Origin: Bacillota bacterium
GTDB taxonomy: Bacteria > Bacillota > Sulfobacillia > RBS10-35 > JAJYVN01
Length of the DNA: 64,000 bases
Reading direction: 5' to 3'
Assembly: GCA_021806565.1 (NCBI GenBank)
Contig: JAJZXK010000001.1
Location: forward strand, 32,314-96,313
The stretch's first letter is position 1. Each line of letters opens with the position of its first letter. Positions 1-10,432 of the stretch are shown here, piece after piece. The translations under genes were made by a program, and so were the position numbers. The notes beneath the pieces were generated by a model. That model saw only the letters and a list, made by a program, of their open reading frames with translations, was not told where the DNA came from and did not search any database.

Positions 1-59
1 CAGGTCCGTTGGCGCTGCGTGGGCGGCGCCGCGGAGCGGCCCCGGCGCGCACCGGGATG

Positions 60-346
60 GTCCGCGGGCGGGCATGTTCGGCCTTGGCAGGCGCAGTTCG
101 AGGATGCCGTCGGCGTAGTGGGCCTGCATCGTCAAGGTCGACGGGGACCGGAAGTCCGAGCGTCTGCGCCAGGTCTCCGGCCGGTGTCTGGTGGAGCAGC
201 CATCAAGCGCCCTGCGGGATTTCCGCCGCGCGTCTGGTGCGGATGACCACCTGCCCGCCGTGGTGGCTCACCTGGATGGCCTCCGGTTGCACCCCCGGCA
301 GGTCCGCGACCACCTCGTCCGCCGTCTCATAGACATCCAGCGCCAT
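60..346 (-). pseudogene. Hsp20/alpha-crystallin small heat-shock protein, disrupted (N-terminal 47 codons then TGA, C-terminal part continues in +1 frame)
   Basis: The minus-strand reading from ATG at 346 gives MALDVYETADEVVADLPGVQPEAIQVSHHGGQVVIRTRR... (alpha-crystallin domain start). It stops at TGA 205..203. An Hsp20-like AHYADGILELRLPRP then resumes in another frame. Confidence 0.35.
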
Positions 347-412
347 AAATCACGTGGCGCGGGGACTGTCGGGTTCAGGCGACAGCGGTAGCGCCGCTTC
401 CTCCCTTGCGTT

Positions 413-658
413 GTGAGTACGACGCACAGATGGTACTATGAGAACATGTACCGAACAGCTAGGCTGGCGCTGAATCCGAAGATTAAACAAGCAGTGGCGC
501 TCGCCGAAACGGCGCGCGAGTTTACTGCCGTCTTTAACTTCGTCTCTTCGTCTGCCGCACCGGATGCGACGCCAACGAGAAAAACGGCGTGCGGCTGCAT
601 CACTTCACTTACCGAGAAACAAGAGGCGAGTGCCTGGATCTGGTTTCCGACCTGCTGA
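413..658 (+). pseudogene. IS200/IS605 TnpB (OrfB)-like N-terminal fragment in an AT-rich island
   Basis: The peptide YRTARLALNPKIKQAVALAETAREFTAVFNFV resembles the TnpB N-terminus (kfrLyPtkeQeelLnktfgacRfvyN). The ORF stops after 81 aa. Local GC is clearly lower than the flanks. Confidence 0.3.
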
Positions 659-904
659 TCCGCCGCGGGGTTGGCGTCCATCGGCTGCGGTCGCGCGCGC
701 GCCGTCTTGGCCGTGAACACCCCCCGCTTTCGTCCACGCGGTGTGGGTCCGATTCCGCGGGCACCGCATCCCGCTTCGGTCCACAACTGCCCTGATGCGT
801 TTCCCGCACCGCACGGTGCACACCCGGAGGCTGCCGCTTGCGCGCCACCCTGAATCCTATTACTGTACGCACAGACGATCTGCGCACAGAGTGGAGGCGC
901 TCCG

Positions 905-1324
905 ATGTGGTACCATGAGCATAGCGCCGAGACCGGACTCGCGCCGGCAGCGATCTGGAGGGTATTGCGCGACGTGGATCACTGGACCGACTGGGACACG
1001 TCGATGCGGAGCGTCTCCCTCCTTGGTCCGTTTGGGGTCGGCACGCGGGTCTCCATGACCCCCAAAGGGCAGGATGCCATCATCGCGACCATCGTCGATG
1101 CCAGGGAGAACGAGCGGTATGCCGACGAGACTCAGATCGACGGCCTCACGCTGCGTTTCAGCCACGCACTGACACCGCTGCCCGGCGGCGGAACCCGCAT
1201 CACGCACCGTCTGGAGATCCACGGCGCCGAAGCCGACCGGCTCGGTCCCCGCGTCGGCCCCGCCATCACCGAGGACTTTCCGGAGGCCATGGCGGCCCTG
1301 ATCGGGCAGGCGGCCCGCACGTGA
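905..1324 (+). CDS. SRPBCC (START/polyketide-cyclase-like) domain protein
   Basis: 139-aa ORF with a typical SRPBCC fold sequence. Good GC3 bias. Its stop overlaps the next gene by 4 nt. Confidence 0.65.
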   Translation: MWYHEHSAETGLAPAAIWRVLRDVDHWTDWDTSMRSVSLLGPFGVGTRVSMTPKGQDAIIATIVDARENERYADETQIDGLTLRFSHALTPLPGGGTRITHRLEIHGAEADRLGPRVGPAITEDFPEAMAALIGQAART

Positions 1325-1779
1325 CTCGCTTCGCGGGGGGGCCCACTGACAGTCCCGGGTTCCTTCTGTGGCATGTGACACTGCGCTGGCAGCGGGCGAT
1401 GGCGCAGGCCCTCGCCCCGCTCGGCCTCACCCACGTCCAGTTCGTGCTGCTGGCCTGCGCGTGGTGGCTGAACGAGCACGCCGCCCCCCCCAACCAGCTG
1501 GCCCTGGCCCGCCAGGCCGGAACCGACGTGAAGATGACCTCCGAGGTCGTCCGCCGCTTAGAGGCGCGGTGCCTGATCGAGCGGACGACCGATCCGGGGG
1601 ATGCGCGGGCCAAGGTGATCCGCCTGACACCGCAGGGGCTGCAGAGCGTCGCGCTGGCCATCGCCGCCGTGGAGGACGCGGATGAGGCCTTCTTCGCACC
1701 CGTGGCCGATGGCGCCCAGTTGACCGTCCTCCTGCGGCGGCTGGCCGCCGTTCCCCCCTATGGTGAGGCCAAGGTTTAG
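1321..1779 (+). CDS. MarR family transcriptional regulator
   Basis: 152 aa with a winged-helix MarR signature (LTHVQFVLLACAWW...LARQAGTDVKMTSEVVRRLEARCLIER). ATGA overlap with the upstream gene. Confidence 0.8.
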   Translation: MTRFAGGPTDSPGFLLWHVTLRWQRAMAQALAPLGLTHVQFVLLACAWWLNEHAAPPNQLALARQAGTDVKMTSEVVRRLEARCLIERTTDPGDARAKVIRLTPQGLQSVALAIAAVEDADEAFFAPVADGAQLTVLLRRLAAVPPYGEAKV

Positions 1780-2722
1780 GCCGGGGATGCCGTGGCGGCG
1801 GCAGGCGCGTCGCCCGCCGGGTGGCGGGGGAGGGATCCCCGAGCGGGGTGCGAGCCGGATGGTCCAACGGTCATGGGTGTGGGGGCGCCCGCGCGCCGGT
1901 CTGCGTCGTCGGCGGAGTCGTCGCCGCTTGGCGTGGGCTGGTGCCGCGGTACTGGGTGCGGCGGCCGCGTTCATGCTCTGGTCACGCCGGGTGCCCTACC
2001 TGATGTGGAGTGCCCTGCCCTCGGTGAAAGAAGAAACCGACTGCGGAGCGACGGGCCGTGCGCGGTGACCCGCCACCCCATCTACGTCGCCGTGCAGGGT
2101 GTCCACTACCGTCGGCTAAAGCCGGAGGCTTGTCCACCCGAATCGGCGGACGTTAGGCCGGTGGACGGCGGCCCGCAGGGGCCGGATGTACCCACCCCGG
2201 CAAGGACAGGAGCGATCCGGAGCTATGTGCCCACAGCGGTTGTCCGGCAAGCCGGTGCCTTTGGGCGGCGTCTCCTGCCCGCTGTGCTGCGAGCGTTTTA
2301 CCGGGTGGCAGACTGCCCGCCCGAACCCGCCACGCTCGGTGTTCAAGGTTCCGACCCATGCTACCGCAGGGGGGGGAGCGGCGCTTCCGCTGTCGCCTGA
2401 AGGCGGCAGTCCCCGCGCCGCGTGATTTATGGTCGTGGGCTCCGACCGGATGACCGGGGTCGTTTCGCAGTGGGCGGCGTTCGTCGTGGTCGCGTTTGCG
2501 TGATCAAGAGCCGTGCGGAAGCATCTCTGATGCTCGACACGCCGGGTTCCGCCACGAGGCCCAGCGGCGGCGCACGCCGCTCCTGGTGCCGCGGCCACAG
2601 GCCGGAGGTGGCCGCGCGGGGCGGCGCGCTCGCGGTCGAACCCGCGGCGGGAGGTGCCTTGCAGGCATTTCCGCGCCAGGGTTGACGGCCCCGCCGCCGT
2701 ACCCATGCCCGGGGGGATGGCG

Positions 2723-3733
2723 ATGCGCATCCGGTCGATGGGTACCACCGGTTTGAAGGTGAGCGAGGTCTGCCTCGGAACCATGACCTTCGGCTACCAG
2801 TGTGACGAACAGACATCCATGCGGATCATGGATGTCGCGGACGAGGCCGGCGTGCAGTTTTTCGACACGGCCGACGTCTATCCGCTGGGCGGAGGGGCGG
2901 AGTTGCGGGGACGCAGCGAGGAGATCGTAGGGCGGTGGCTGCAGCAACGCGGGGCACGCGAGCGCATCGTGCTGGCGACCAAATGCCGTGGCGCCACCGG
3001 CCCGGGACCGAACGACCAGGGCCTCAGCCGCAAGCATATCGTGGCCGCGTGCGACGCCAGCCTGCGTCGGCTGCGCACCGATTACCTCGATCTGTATCAG
3101 GTCCACGGCCCGGACCCGACGACGCCGGTCGAAGAGACGCTGCGGGCCCTGGACGACCTGGTGCGTTGCGGAAAGGTCCGCTATGTCGGCTGCTCCAACC
3201 ATGCCGCCTGGCAACTGGCCGACGCGCTTTGGACGAGCGACCGTCGCGGGTTGGCCCGCTACGACTGCGTCCAGCCGCGGTACAACCTGTTGTTCCGGAT
3301 GGTCGAGGCCGAGATCCTGCCGCTGTGCCGGGCGCACGGCGTCGGGGTCATCGTGTACAACCCCCTGGCGGGCGGCATGCTGACCGGCCGCTACCGGGGC
3401 CTGCGCGAGCCTCAGGCCGGGACCCGCTTCACCCTGCCGCACAACGGTGAGGTCTACCGCCGCCGCTACTGGAACGATGCGGTGTTCGAAGCCGTGGATC
3501 AACTGGCACGGCTGGTCGAGCCCCGGGGCAAGTCCCTGCTGCAGGTGGCCCTGGCATGGGCGCTCGCCCAGCCGGGTATCACATCGGCCATCGTGGGGGC
3601 CAGCCGTCCGGAGCAACTCGTCCAGAGCCTGGAGGCGGTCGGAATCGAGCTGGACGCGCAGGAGCTGGAAGCCTGCGACGACGTCTGGTACCGCCTGCCC
3701 AGGGAACGGGATCCCCAGGTGGCCGGGCGCTAG
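2723..3733 (+). CDS. aldo/keto reductase
   Basis: AKR motifs present: LGTMTFG, FFDTADVYP, CSNHAAWQLADAL. Start chosen at the internal Met before MRIRSMGTTGLKV. Confidence 0.85.
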   Translation: MRIRSMGTTGLKVSEVCLGTMTFGYQCDEQTSMRIMDVADEAGVQFFDTADVYPLGGGAELRGRSEEIVGRWLQQRGARERIVLATKCRGATGPGPNDQGLSRKHIVAACDASLRRLRTDYLDLYQVHGPDPTTPVEETLRALDDLVRCGKVRYVGCSNHAAWQLADALWTSDRRGLARYDCVQPRYNLLFRMVEAEILPLCRAHGVGVIVYNPLAGGMLTGRYRGLREPQAGTRFTLPHNGEVYRRRYWNDAVFEAVDQLARLVEPRGKSLLQVALAWALAQPGITSAIVGASRPEQLVQSLEAVGIELDAQELEACDDVWYRLPRERDPQVAGR

Positions 3734-3745
3734 ACTAGCGGCCGG

Positions 3746-4444
3746 TCACGCCAACCCGCGTGCGCCGGCCGCTACCCCTCCCTGTCCCAACGCCACGAGC
3801 GCCTCCAGCGACAGGGGGGTGTAGGCGCGGCTGCGCAGCGTGCGCAGGAGCGACGGTAGGGTCGAGGCTGCCGCCGGATCGACGGCCAGGCGCAGGATGT
3901 CTCCCGGGCGCGCCGCCGCCGCAGTGACCTCTGGCGCCGCGCCTGCGGCCGAAGTCCAGGCCACGGGCTCCAGACCACAGCGCAGAGCGTCACGCCGCAG
4001 CCCCGAGGGGGGGAGCGGTGAGTGGCGCAACTGCAGGAAGACGGGCTGTGCCCCCACCGCTTCCAGGGGACGCAACGCCCCGCAGGCCGGCGCGCCGACG
4101 GCCGCGCCGAGGGCCTCGACCTCCAGACCGGCGTGCAGCAGTTGGCGGAGATGGCCGGGATGGTGTCGGGCGTAGCGGGCGCCGACGAAGAAGGTTGCGG
4201 GGGTTCGCGCCGCGGTCAGGACCTTGATCGTCGCCGCGACCCCGCGCGTGCCGTGGGGCACGGGGAAGGTCAGGGCGACGGCGTCCGAGCGGACCGCGAC
4301 CGACCGCAGCACCCCGACGGGAGCGGAGCCGACTGGTGCGGCTTCCCGCTGCAATCCCCAGCGGATGGCGGCGATCAACAGCGCCGAACTGCAGACGACG
4401 GCCAGCCAACGCCGGATCCCCGCCCCCAGAGGTACCACGATCAC
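3746..4444 (-). CDS. polysaccharide deacetylase-like (NodB homology) protein, catalytic DD motif not conserved
   Basis: N-terminal TM segment followed by ...TFPVPHGT...TFFVGARYARHHPGHLRQLLHAGLEV, which has a NodB-like layout. Probably degenerate. Confidence 0.45.
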   Translation of the reverse strand: MIVVPLGAGIRRWLAVVCSSALLIAAIRWGLQREAAPVGSAPVGVLRSVAVRSDAVALTFPVPHGTRGVAATIKVLTAARTPATFFVGARYARHHPGHLRQLLHAGLEVEALGAAVGAPACGALRPLEAVGAQPVFLQLRHSPLPPSGLRRDALRCGLEPVAWTSAAGAAPEVTAAAARPGDILRLAVDPAAASTLPSLLRTLRSRAYTPLSLEALVALGQGGVAAGARGLA

Positions 4445-4525
4445 GGTTGTATCCCCCCGGCGGTGGGCGGCCGGGGGCCGCGCACCCGGGGCAAGGATAT
4501 GGCGTTCCAGCGGGCGGCAGACGCG

Positions 4526-5779
4526 TCATGTCCCGGCGGCGCGCACCTGGCTTTCCAGGCTCGCCAAGGTCAGTACGCCCACATGTTGCCAGCGCACGGT
4601 GCCGTGCGACCCGACCAGGGCCAGGAATGGGAGGGCCGCGACGCCGTACGCGGAGGCGATCCGCCCGTGCCGGTCCAGGGCGACGGGCAAGCCCAGGCGA
4701 TGGACGGACACGAACCGCCGTACCCACGCGGTGGAAGGCTCGGCCACCCGCAGGTCGACGGCGACGGCCGGAGGCAGGTGCAGCGCCGCCGCCCGCTGCC
4801 GGTAGGCACGCAGGACGCGCATGTCTTCGCGGCAGGCGACACACCAGGTGGCGAAAAACGCGACCAACTGATCGGACCCACTCGCACCTCCGACCCGGAC
4901 GGTGGCGGACCGCCCCGAAGGCGACAGGCCAGGCACGACGCGGATGGCCACCGTGTGCGGCCGGACCGCGCCCTCCGCGAGCACGTGCAGCTGATCCAGG
5001 ATTGCCGCCGTCCGGGACCACACCCCGCCCACCAGCCGCCAGGGTTGGGGCAGGACGGCCGCCGCTTCGGCGGCCAGGGCGCGCGCGCCGGCGCCGACGG
5101 CCGCGAAGTCGCCCGAGGTCTGAGACACGAAGCGTTCGTGTCCCCGAGGTCCGATCACGTAGACGGCCGGCGTGTGGTCGATCAGGCCGCGTACGACGGC
5201 CACGTAGATGTGGTATGCGCGCCAGACCGCCGCCAACTGTGTCGGCGTGCCCGTGAGGAACAGCCAGTGCTGCTGCATGCCGTGCGCCTGGGACCAGGAA
5301 CGCACCGCCGCCACAGAGGTGGCGGTCGGGTTGGCGTTTACGGCGAGCAACTGTACCCTTGCCCCCGCTGGCCCGAGGCGCTGTTGCGCCAAGCGCATTT
5401 CCTGGGCGGTGAGGGGACAGACGGTGGTGCAGCGGCTGTCGACGAACGCCAGCACGATGGTCTTGCCCCGCAGCGAACTTAGGGAGACGCCGCGGCCGAA
5501 CTGATCCGTGAGGCGGAAGCCCGGGGCCGCCGGGGCCGGATGCAGCGCCAGCGCGCCGGCGACGGCCGTTCCGGGGCCCGGGTCCGAGGCGGACCGCACA
5601 GCCATCGCCCCCGCCAGTAGCGCCGCCACTGTCCAGGAGGCCCGCCGCACCCATCGCCAGCGTGGCACCCGCCAAACCCTCCTTATGCTCGCTTGGCTCG
5701 TCGGGGCGATCCGCGGTGTCACGTGCCCACGACCCGCCCGTGTCCATGTCCATCCTGGCACCGCGGCCGACGCTGTCAA
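4526..5779 (-). CDS. SCO1/SenC-like copper chaperone fused to a TlpA/ResA-like thioredoxin domain
   Basis: First domain shows LAFVDSRCTTVCP (SCO1 CxxxC). Second domain shows FFATWCVACRED (WCxxC thioredoxin fold). N-terminal TM/signal segment. Confidence 0.7.
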   Translation of the reverse strand: MTASAAVPGWTWTRAGRGHVTPRIAPTSQASIRRVWRVPRWRWVRRASWTVAALLAGAMAVRSASDPGPGTAVAGALALHPAPAAPGFRLTDQFGRGVSLSSLRGKTIVLAFVDSRCTTVCPLTAQEMRLAQQRLGPAGARVQLLAVNANPTATSVAAVRSWSQAHGMQQHWLFLTGTPTQLAAVWRAYHIYVAVVRGLIDHTPAVYVIGPRGHERFVSQTSGDFAAVGAGARALAAEAAAVLPQPWRLVGGVWSRTAAILDQLHVLAEGAVRPHTVAIRVVPGLSPSGRSATVRVGGASGSDQLVAFFATWCVACREDMRVLRAYRQRAAALHLPPAVAVDLRVAEPSTAWVRRFVSVHRLGLPVALDRHGRIASAYGVAALPFLALVGSHGTVRWQHVGVLTLASLESQVRAAGT

Positions 5780-5889
5780 GCCGCCGCCCTGCCATGGCCG
5801 CGCTGTGGTACAGTGGCTGGCGGGCCGCGCTCGGACGCGGTCGCGCAGGTTTATGACGGTTTTCGAGTGGAGGCGGCAGGCGCAAGACG

Positions 5890-7728
5890 GTGGCAGATCA
5901 GCAGCAGCAACAGATTCGCAACGTGGCGATCATCGCGCATGTGGATCACGGCAAGACGACCTTGGTGGACGCGATCCTGCGGCAGACCGGTGTCTTCCGC
6001 GCCAATCAGGCGGTGTCCGAGCGGGTGCTCGACCGCAACGACCTGGAACGGGAGCGCGGTATCACCATCCTGGCCAAGAACACTGCCGTCGAGTATCGGG
6101 ATCATAAGATCAACATCGTGGACACACCCGGCCACGCCGACTTCGGCGGCGAGGTCGAGCGCATCCTCTCCATGGTCGACGGGGCCCTGCTCGTCGTCGA
6201 CGCCCTGGAGGGCCCGATGCCTCAGACGCGCTTCGTGCTGCACAAGGCACTGGAGCACCGCTTGCGCCCGATTCTGGTCGTCAACAAGCTGGACCGCCCT
6301 GGCGCCGATCCACTGCGCACCGTCGATCAGGTGCTGGATCTGTTTTTCGCCCTCGGCGCCGACGAGGACCAGCTCGAGTTTCCAACCGTGTACGCATCCG
6401 GCCGCGCGGGCGTCGCGGTGCGCGAACTCACGCAGCCGCTGGACCCTCAGGGGATGACCGGCACGATCCTGCCGCTTTTGGACGTGGTGCTCGAGCACGT
6501 GCCGGCGCCCGTGGGGGCACCGGACGCGCCCCTGCAAATGCTGGTAACCACCCTTGACTATGACGACTACGTCGGCCGGATCGGTATCGGCCGCGTCCGC
6601 CAGGGTGTGCTGCGCGCGGGCGAGGCGGTCGCCGCCGTCTACGGATTGGACGGAGCGCCGCGCACGGCGCGCGCGGCGCAGCTTTATACGTTCTCCGGCC
6701 TGCAGCGGGTTGCGGCCGATTTCGTCGGTCCCGGCGACATCGCCGCGGTCGCCGGCCTGGCCGATCTCACGGTGGGGGACACCGTCACCAGTTCCGCCTC
6801 GCCCGCGCCCCTGCCGGCGCTGCATGTCGATCCGCCGACCCTGGCCATGACCTTTTCCGTGAACACCTCGCCGTTCGCCGGGCGTGAGGGGGAGTTCGTC
6901 ACCTCGCGCCAATTGCGCCAGCGCCTGAGGCGGGAGTCCGAGCACAACGTCGGCCTGGAGGTCGAAGACACCGCCAGTCCGGACGCCTTTGTCGTGCGGG
7001 GCCGCGGCGAGTTGCACCTGTCCATCCTGATCGAGACCATGCGGCGGGAAGGGTATGAGTTACAGGTCTCGCGCCCCGAGGTGGTGTTGCGGGACGGTCC
7101 GGAAGGGCTGGCCGAACCGATGGAGGAGTTGGTGGCGGACGTCCCCGACGCGGCGGTGGGATCGGTGATGGAGGCGTTGGGATCGCGGCGCGCGGAACTC
7201 AAGGACATGCAGCCGGCGGGCGACGGGCGGACGCGCCTGGAGTTTTTGGCGCCAGCCCGGGGCCTGGTCGGTTTCGCCTCCGAGTTCCAGACATTGACCA
7301 AAGGGTACGGGGTCATGAGCCACACCTTTGCCGGTTATGGACCACATCGCGGTCCCATCCCCGGGCGGGCCCGCGGCAGCCTGGTGGCGTGGGAGCCCGG
7401 CGCGACCACGGCCTTTGCCCTTGAGAACGCCGAGCAGCGCGGCACCCTGTTCATCGGGCCCGGGGTCGCGGTGTATGCGGGGCAGGTTATGGGCGAAAAC
7501 GCACGGGAGGGCGACCTTGAGATCAATGTCTGCAAGCGCAAGCACCTGACGAACATGCGCTCCAGCACCGGCGAGGAAGAGGTCAAGCTGACCCCGCCGC
7601 GGACCCTCTCGCTGGAGCAGTGCCTTGCCTTCATCCGAGACGATGAACTGGTCGAGGTGACTCCACGGTCGCTACGGCTGCGCAAGGCGGTGTTGGACCG
7701 TCACCAGCGTGCCCGCCAGCGTGGCTGA
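5890..7728 (+). CDS. typA: translational GTPase TypA/BipA
   Basis: [28 protein letters not shown]... with full-length EF-G-like architecture, 612 aa. Confidence 0.95.
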   Translation: MADQQQQQIRNVAIIAHVDHGKTTLVDAILRQTGVFRANQAVSERVLDRNDLERERGITILAKNTAVEYRDHKINIVDTPGHADFGGEVERILSMVDGALLVVDALEGPMPQTRFVLHKALEHRLRPILVVNKLDRPGADPLRTVDQVLDLFFALGADEDQLEFPTVYASGRAGVAVRELTQPLDPQGMTGTILPLLDVVLEHVPAPVGAPDAPLQMLVTTLDYDDYVGRIGIGRVRQGVLRAGEAVAAVYGLDGAPRTARAAQLYTFSGLQRVAADFVGPGDIAAVAGLADLTVGDTVTSSASPAPLPALHVDPPTLAMTFSVNTSPFAGREGEFVTSRQLRQRLRRESEHNVGLEVEDTASPDAFVVRGRGELHLSILIETMRREGYELQVSRPEVVLRDGPEGLAEPMEELVADVPDAAVGSVMEALGSRRAELKDMQPAGDGRTRLEFLAPARGLVGFASEFQTLTKGYGVMSHTFAGYGPHRGPIPGRARGSLVAWEPGATTAFALENAEQRGTLFIGPGVAVYAGQVMGENAREGDLEINVCKRKHLTNMRSSTGEEEVKLTPPRTLSLEQCLAFIRDDELVEVTPRSLRLRKAVLDRHQRARQRG

Positions 7729-7749
7729 ACGGGTACGCTCGCGGGCCGT

Positions 7750-8427
7750 CTACGGTTCGGCTTGGGCGTACGCGATGGGGTCGGCGCAACCGGCGGCCGC
7801 AAACCCGCGTCGGCGCAACTGGCATGCGTCGCAGCGGCCGCAGGCGGGTCGGCTTCCCAGGTAGCAGGTGAGGGTTTGCGCAAAAGGGACGTCCAGGCTC
7901 AGGCCCAGGCGGACAATGCCTGCCTTGTCGAGTTCTGCGAGCGGTGTGTGGATGCTCACCCCGCCCACCGTTCCCAGGCGTACCGCCTCCGTGAAGGCCG
8001 CGATGAACGTCGGGCGGCAGTCGGGGTAGCCGGAGTAGTCGAGCGTGTTCACTCCGATGAAGAGGTCGGTGGCGCCCAGCGGCTCGGCGAAGGCCGTCGC
8101 CAGGGCGAGAAACACGATGTTCCGCGCCGGCACGTAGGTAGCGGGTATGTCCGCGCCGATCTCCTCTGCCGCCCGGTCCAGGGCGACGGCCCGGTCGCCG
8201 GTGAGTGCGCTACCGGAAAAGACATGGCCGAGCCCGAGGACGCGGCGGTGCGCGGCCGGTACGCCGCAGGCCGTCGCGACCGCTTCGGCTGCCGCCAGTT
8301 CGGCGCGGTGGCGCTGCCCATAGTCGAACGACAGGGTCCACGGCTCGAAGCCGTCGCGCTGGGCGACCCGCAGGCAGACCGCTGAGTCCATTCCCCCGGA
8401 TAGCAGCACCACCGCGCGCCGCGCCAT
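7750..8427 (-). CDS. queC: 7-cyano-7-deazaguanine synthase QueC
   Basis: VVLLSGGMDSAVC PP-loop motif and a C-terminal CxxC zinc motif (CGRCDAC). Confidence 0.9.
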   Translation of the reverse strand: MARRAVVLLSGGMDSAVCLRVAQRDGFEPWTLSFDYGQRHRAELAAAEAVATACGVPAAHRRVLGLGHVFSGSALTGDRAVALDRAAEEIGADIPATYVPARNIVFLALATAFAEPLGATDLFIGVNTLDYSGYPDCRPTFIAAFTEAVRLGTVGGVSIHTPLAELDKAGIVRLGLSLDVPFAQTLTCYLGSRPACGRCDACQLRRRGFAAAGCADPIAYAQAEP

Positions 8428-8430
8428 CGT

Positions 8431-9171
8431 TCACACCCCCCGCCGGTTGCCCCACAGGAGCACGTGCAGCTGCGGCAGCACTCGGACGTCCGCCATGTCC
8501 GGGTCGGCCAGCGCCCGGCCCGCCAGCCAGCGCAGCCGGGCCAACAGGCGGCCGCGTCGGTCCCGACCGACGCGGTTTCCTGCCTGCAGTGTGCACGGCA
8601 CAGCCGGATGGCGGCGGTGGACCTCGCGGGCGAACAGAAAGTCCGCGTCGCTGAAGACGACGATCTTCAGATCCGGATCCGCGGCCGCGCGCAGGGTTGC
8701 CTCCAGTGCGTCCCAGTCTGGCGGCATGCCGGAACTTGGTCCCTTGGGGGACACGGTGACCGCGTCCACCCGCCCGAGCCAACCTGGCGCCCGGCTGCCC
8801 TGGGTCTCGACATGAACGTGGTAGTCCGCCGCGTGCAGGGCGTCCACCAGCGGGTCGCAGTCCTGCAGAGTCGGATTGCCGCCGCTGATGGTGACGCTGC
8901 GGCAGGTGGGGCCCAGATCTCGCAGGCGTTGCAGGGTCTCCCGCGGGGTGAGCCGCAGCACGGGCGCCAGTGATCCCGGCTTCCAGGTGAAGGCACTATC
9001 ACACCACGAACAGGACCAGTCACAGCCGGAGAGCCGCACGAACATCGTCGTGCGGCCGATCTGCCGTCCCTCGCCCTGCAGGGTCGGGCCGAAGATCTCC
9101 ACCACGCGAAGGGTGTTTGCTCGCGCGGTCGCCGCACGGTTCGGTTCGGGTAGGGGCCTGCCTTGCGCCAC
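8431..9171 (-). CDS. queE: 7-carboxy-7-deazaguanine synthase QueE (radical SAM)
   Basis: FGPTLQGEGRQIGRTTMFVRLSGCDWSCSWCDS radical-SAM cluster motif. 4-nt gap to queC. Confidence 0.9.
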   Translation of the reverse strand: MAQGRPLPEPNRAATARANTLRVVEIFGPTLQGEGRQIGRTTMFVRLSGCDWSCSWCDSAFTWKPGSLAPVLRLTPRETLQRLRDLGPTCRSVTISGGNPTLQDCDPLVDALHAADYHVHVETQGSRAPGWLGRVDAVTVSPKGPSSGMPPDWDALEATLRAAADPDLKIVVFSDADFLFAREVHRRHPAVPCTLQAGNRVGRDRRGRLLARLRWLAGRALADPDMADVRVLPQLHVLLWGNRRGV

Positions 9172-9196
9172 GGGTTACCTCCGTCCGGTCCCAGGG

Positions 9197-9577
9197 TCAG
9201 GCGCCCGGGGGCGTGTAGACGACGATATTGCGTGTGGTCTCGCGCACCGTCAGTTCGACCAGCCGCGGCCGGTTGGGCTGAGCATCCAGCCGCGTCTGCA
9301 CGCGCCGGGCGAGCACCACGGCCAGGCGCTCTGCCGTGGGCCGCCGACCGCCGGCAGCGAGGTCGGGATCGTCGTTGAGGTCGGTATGGTCGATCGCCCG
9401 CAGCACACTCTTGATCACGGCGAAGTCGACTACCATCTCCTCGTGCAGGTCTTCGGCGGCGATGACCGCTTCCAGCGACCAGTTGTGGCCGTGCGGACGG
9501 GCGCAGGGCCCGTCGTAGCCCGGAAGGTGGTGCGCGGCCGCGATGTCGTCGACCCGGACCCGGACCACGAAGCCCAT
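9197..9577 (-). CDS. queD: 6-carboxy-5,6,7,8-tetrahydropterin synthase QueD
   Basis: 126 aa carrying the CARPHGHNW (CxxxHGH) motif. Confidence 0.85.
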   Translation of the reverse strand: MGFVVRVRVDDIAAAHHLPGYDGPCARPHGHNWSLEAVIAAEDLHEEMVVDFAVIKSVLRAIDHTDLNDDPDLAAGGRRPTAERLAVVLARRVQTRLDAQPNRPRLVELTVRETTRNIVVYTPPGA

Positions 9578-9580
9578 CCC

Positions 9581-10432
9581 TCAGATCCCCCCGGCCAGTG
9601 TCCGCGCTGTGGTGATCTCCTCGGCATAGGTGGCGTAATCGTCCACGGGCGTCTCGATGATCATCGGCAGCCCGCGCAGGAACGGGTGGGTCAGACAGGC
9701 CGCGAGTCCCTGGGGGCCGATCTCTCCGCGGCCCAGGCGCTCGTGGCGGTCCTTGTGGCTGCCCAGCGGGAACTTGCTGTCGTTGAGGTGCAGCGCGCCG
9801 ATCCGGTCCCGGCCGACGGCGGCGTCAAACTCCGCAAGCATGCGGTCGATGCCGTCATGCGTCCGGATGTCCCAGCCGGCGGCGAAGAGGTGGCAGGTGT
9901 CAATGCAGACACCGAGTCTCGCCGGCCGCCCGCACGCGTCCAGGATGGCACCAAGCTCTTGCGGCACCCCGCCGACCTCGCCGGTCTGGCCGGCCATCGC
10001 TTCCAGAAGCAGCAGGCAGTTGCCGTCGCCGGCCTGCTCCAGGGCCTCGGTGATGCCGGCGGCGGCGCGTTGCACGCCGGCGCTCCGCGCTTCGGCGGGG
10101 CAGTGCCCGGGATGTAGCACGATGGCATGCACACCCCAGGAGGAGCAGCGCGCCAGATCTTCGCCCACCACGCGGACGCCGAAGTCCCAGATATCACGGT
10201 CCGATGCGAGGTTGATGACATACGGTAGGTGGCCGACCAACGGGCCGAGCCCGGTTTCGCCCTGATAGCCGCGCCACTCCGAGATCTCTTGCTCACCGAC
10301 CTTGCGCGCCGCGGAGCCGCGGGGATTGCGGGTGTGAAAGCCAAAGGTGTCGGCGCCGACCGACGTGGCGAGTCTGCCGGCCTCCGACAGCCCTCCACTG
10401 ATGGTGAGGTGGGCTCCGATGCGCACCGACAT
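9581..10432 (-). CDS. nfo: endonuclease IV (deoxyribonuclease IV)
   Basis: IGAHLTISGGL...HLNDSKFPLGSHKDRHERLGRGEIG Nfo signature. Start taken at Met19 (GAAAGGG RBS upstream). It lies 3 nt upstream of queD on the same strand. Confidence 0.9.
   Translation of the reverse strand: MSVRIGAHLTISGGLSEAGRLATSVGADTFGFHTRNPRGSAARKVGEQEISEWRGYQGETGLGPLVGHLPYVINLASDRDIWDFGVRVVGEDLARCSSWGVHAIVLHPGHCPAEARSAGVQRAAAGITEALEQAGDGNCLLLLEAMAGQTGEVGGVPQELGAILDACGRPARLGVCIDTCHLFAAGWDIRTHDGIDRMLAEFDAAVGRDRIGALHLNDSKFPLGSHKDRHERLGRGEIGPQGLAACLTHPFLRGLPMIIETPVDDYATYAEEITTARTLAGGI

Noticed and set aside
3990-5885. 631-aa minus-strand ORF overlapping the SCO1-like and deacetylase genes
   Set aside because: Arg/Gly/Pro-rich low-complexity translation out of frame with well-supported genes. 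Typical open-frame artefact of ~70% GC DNA.
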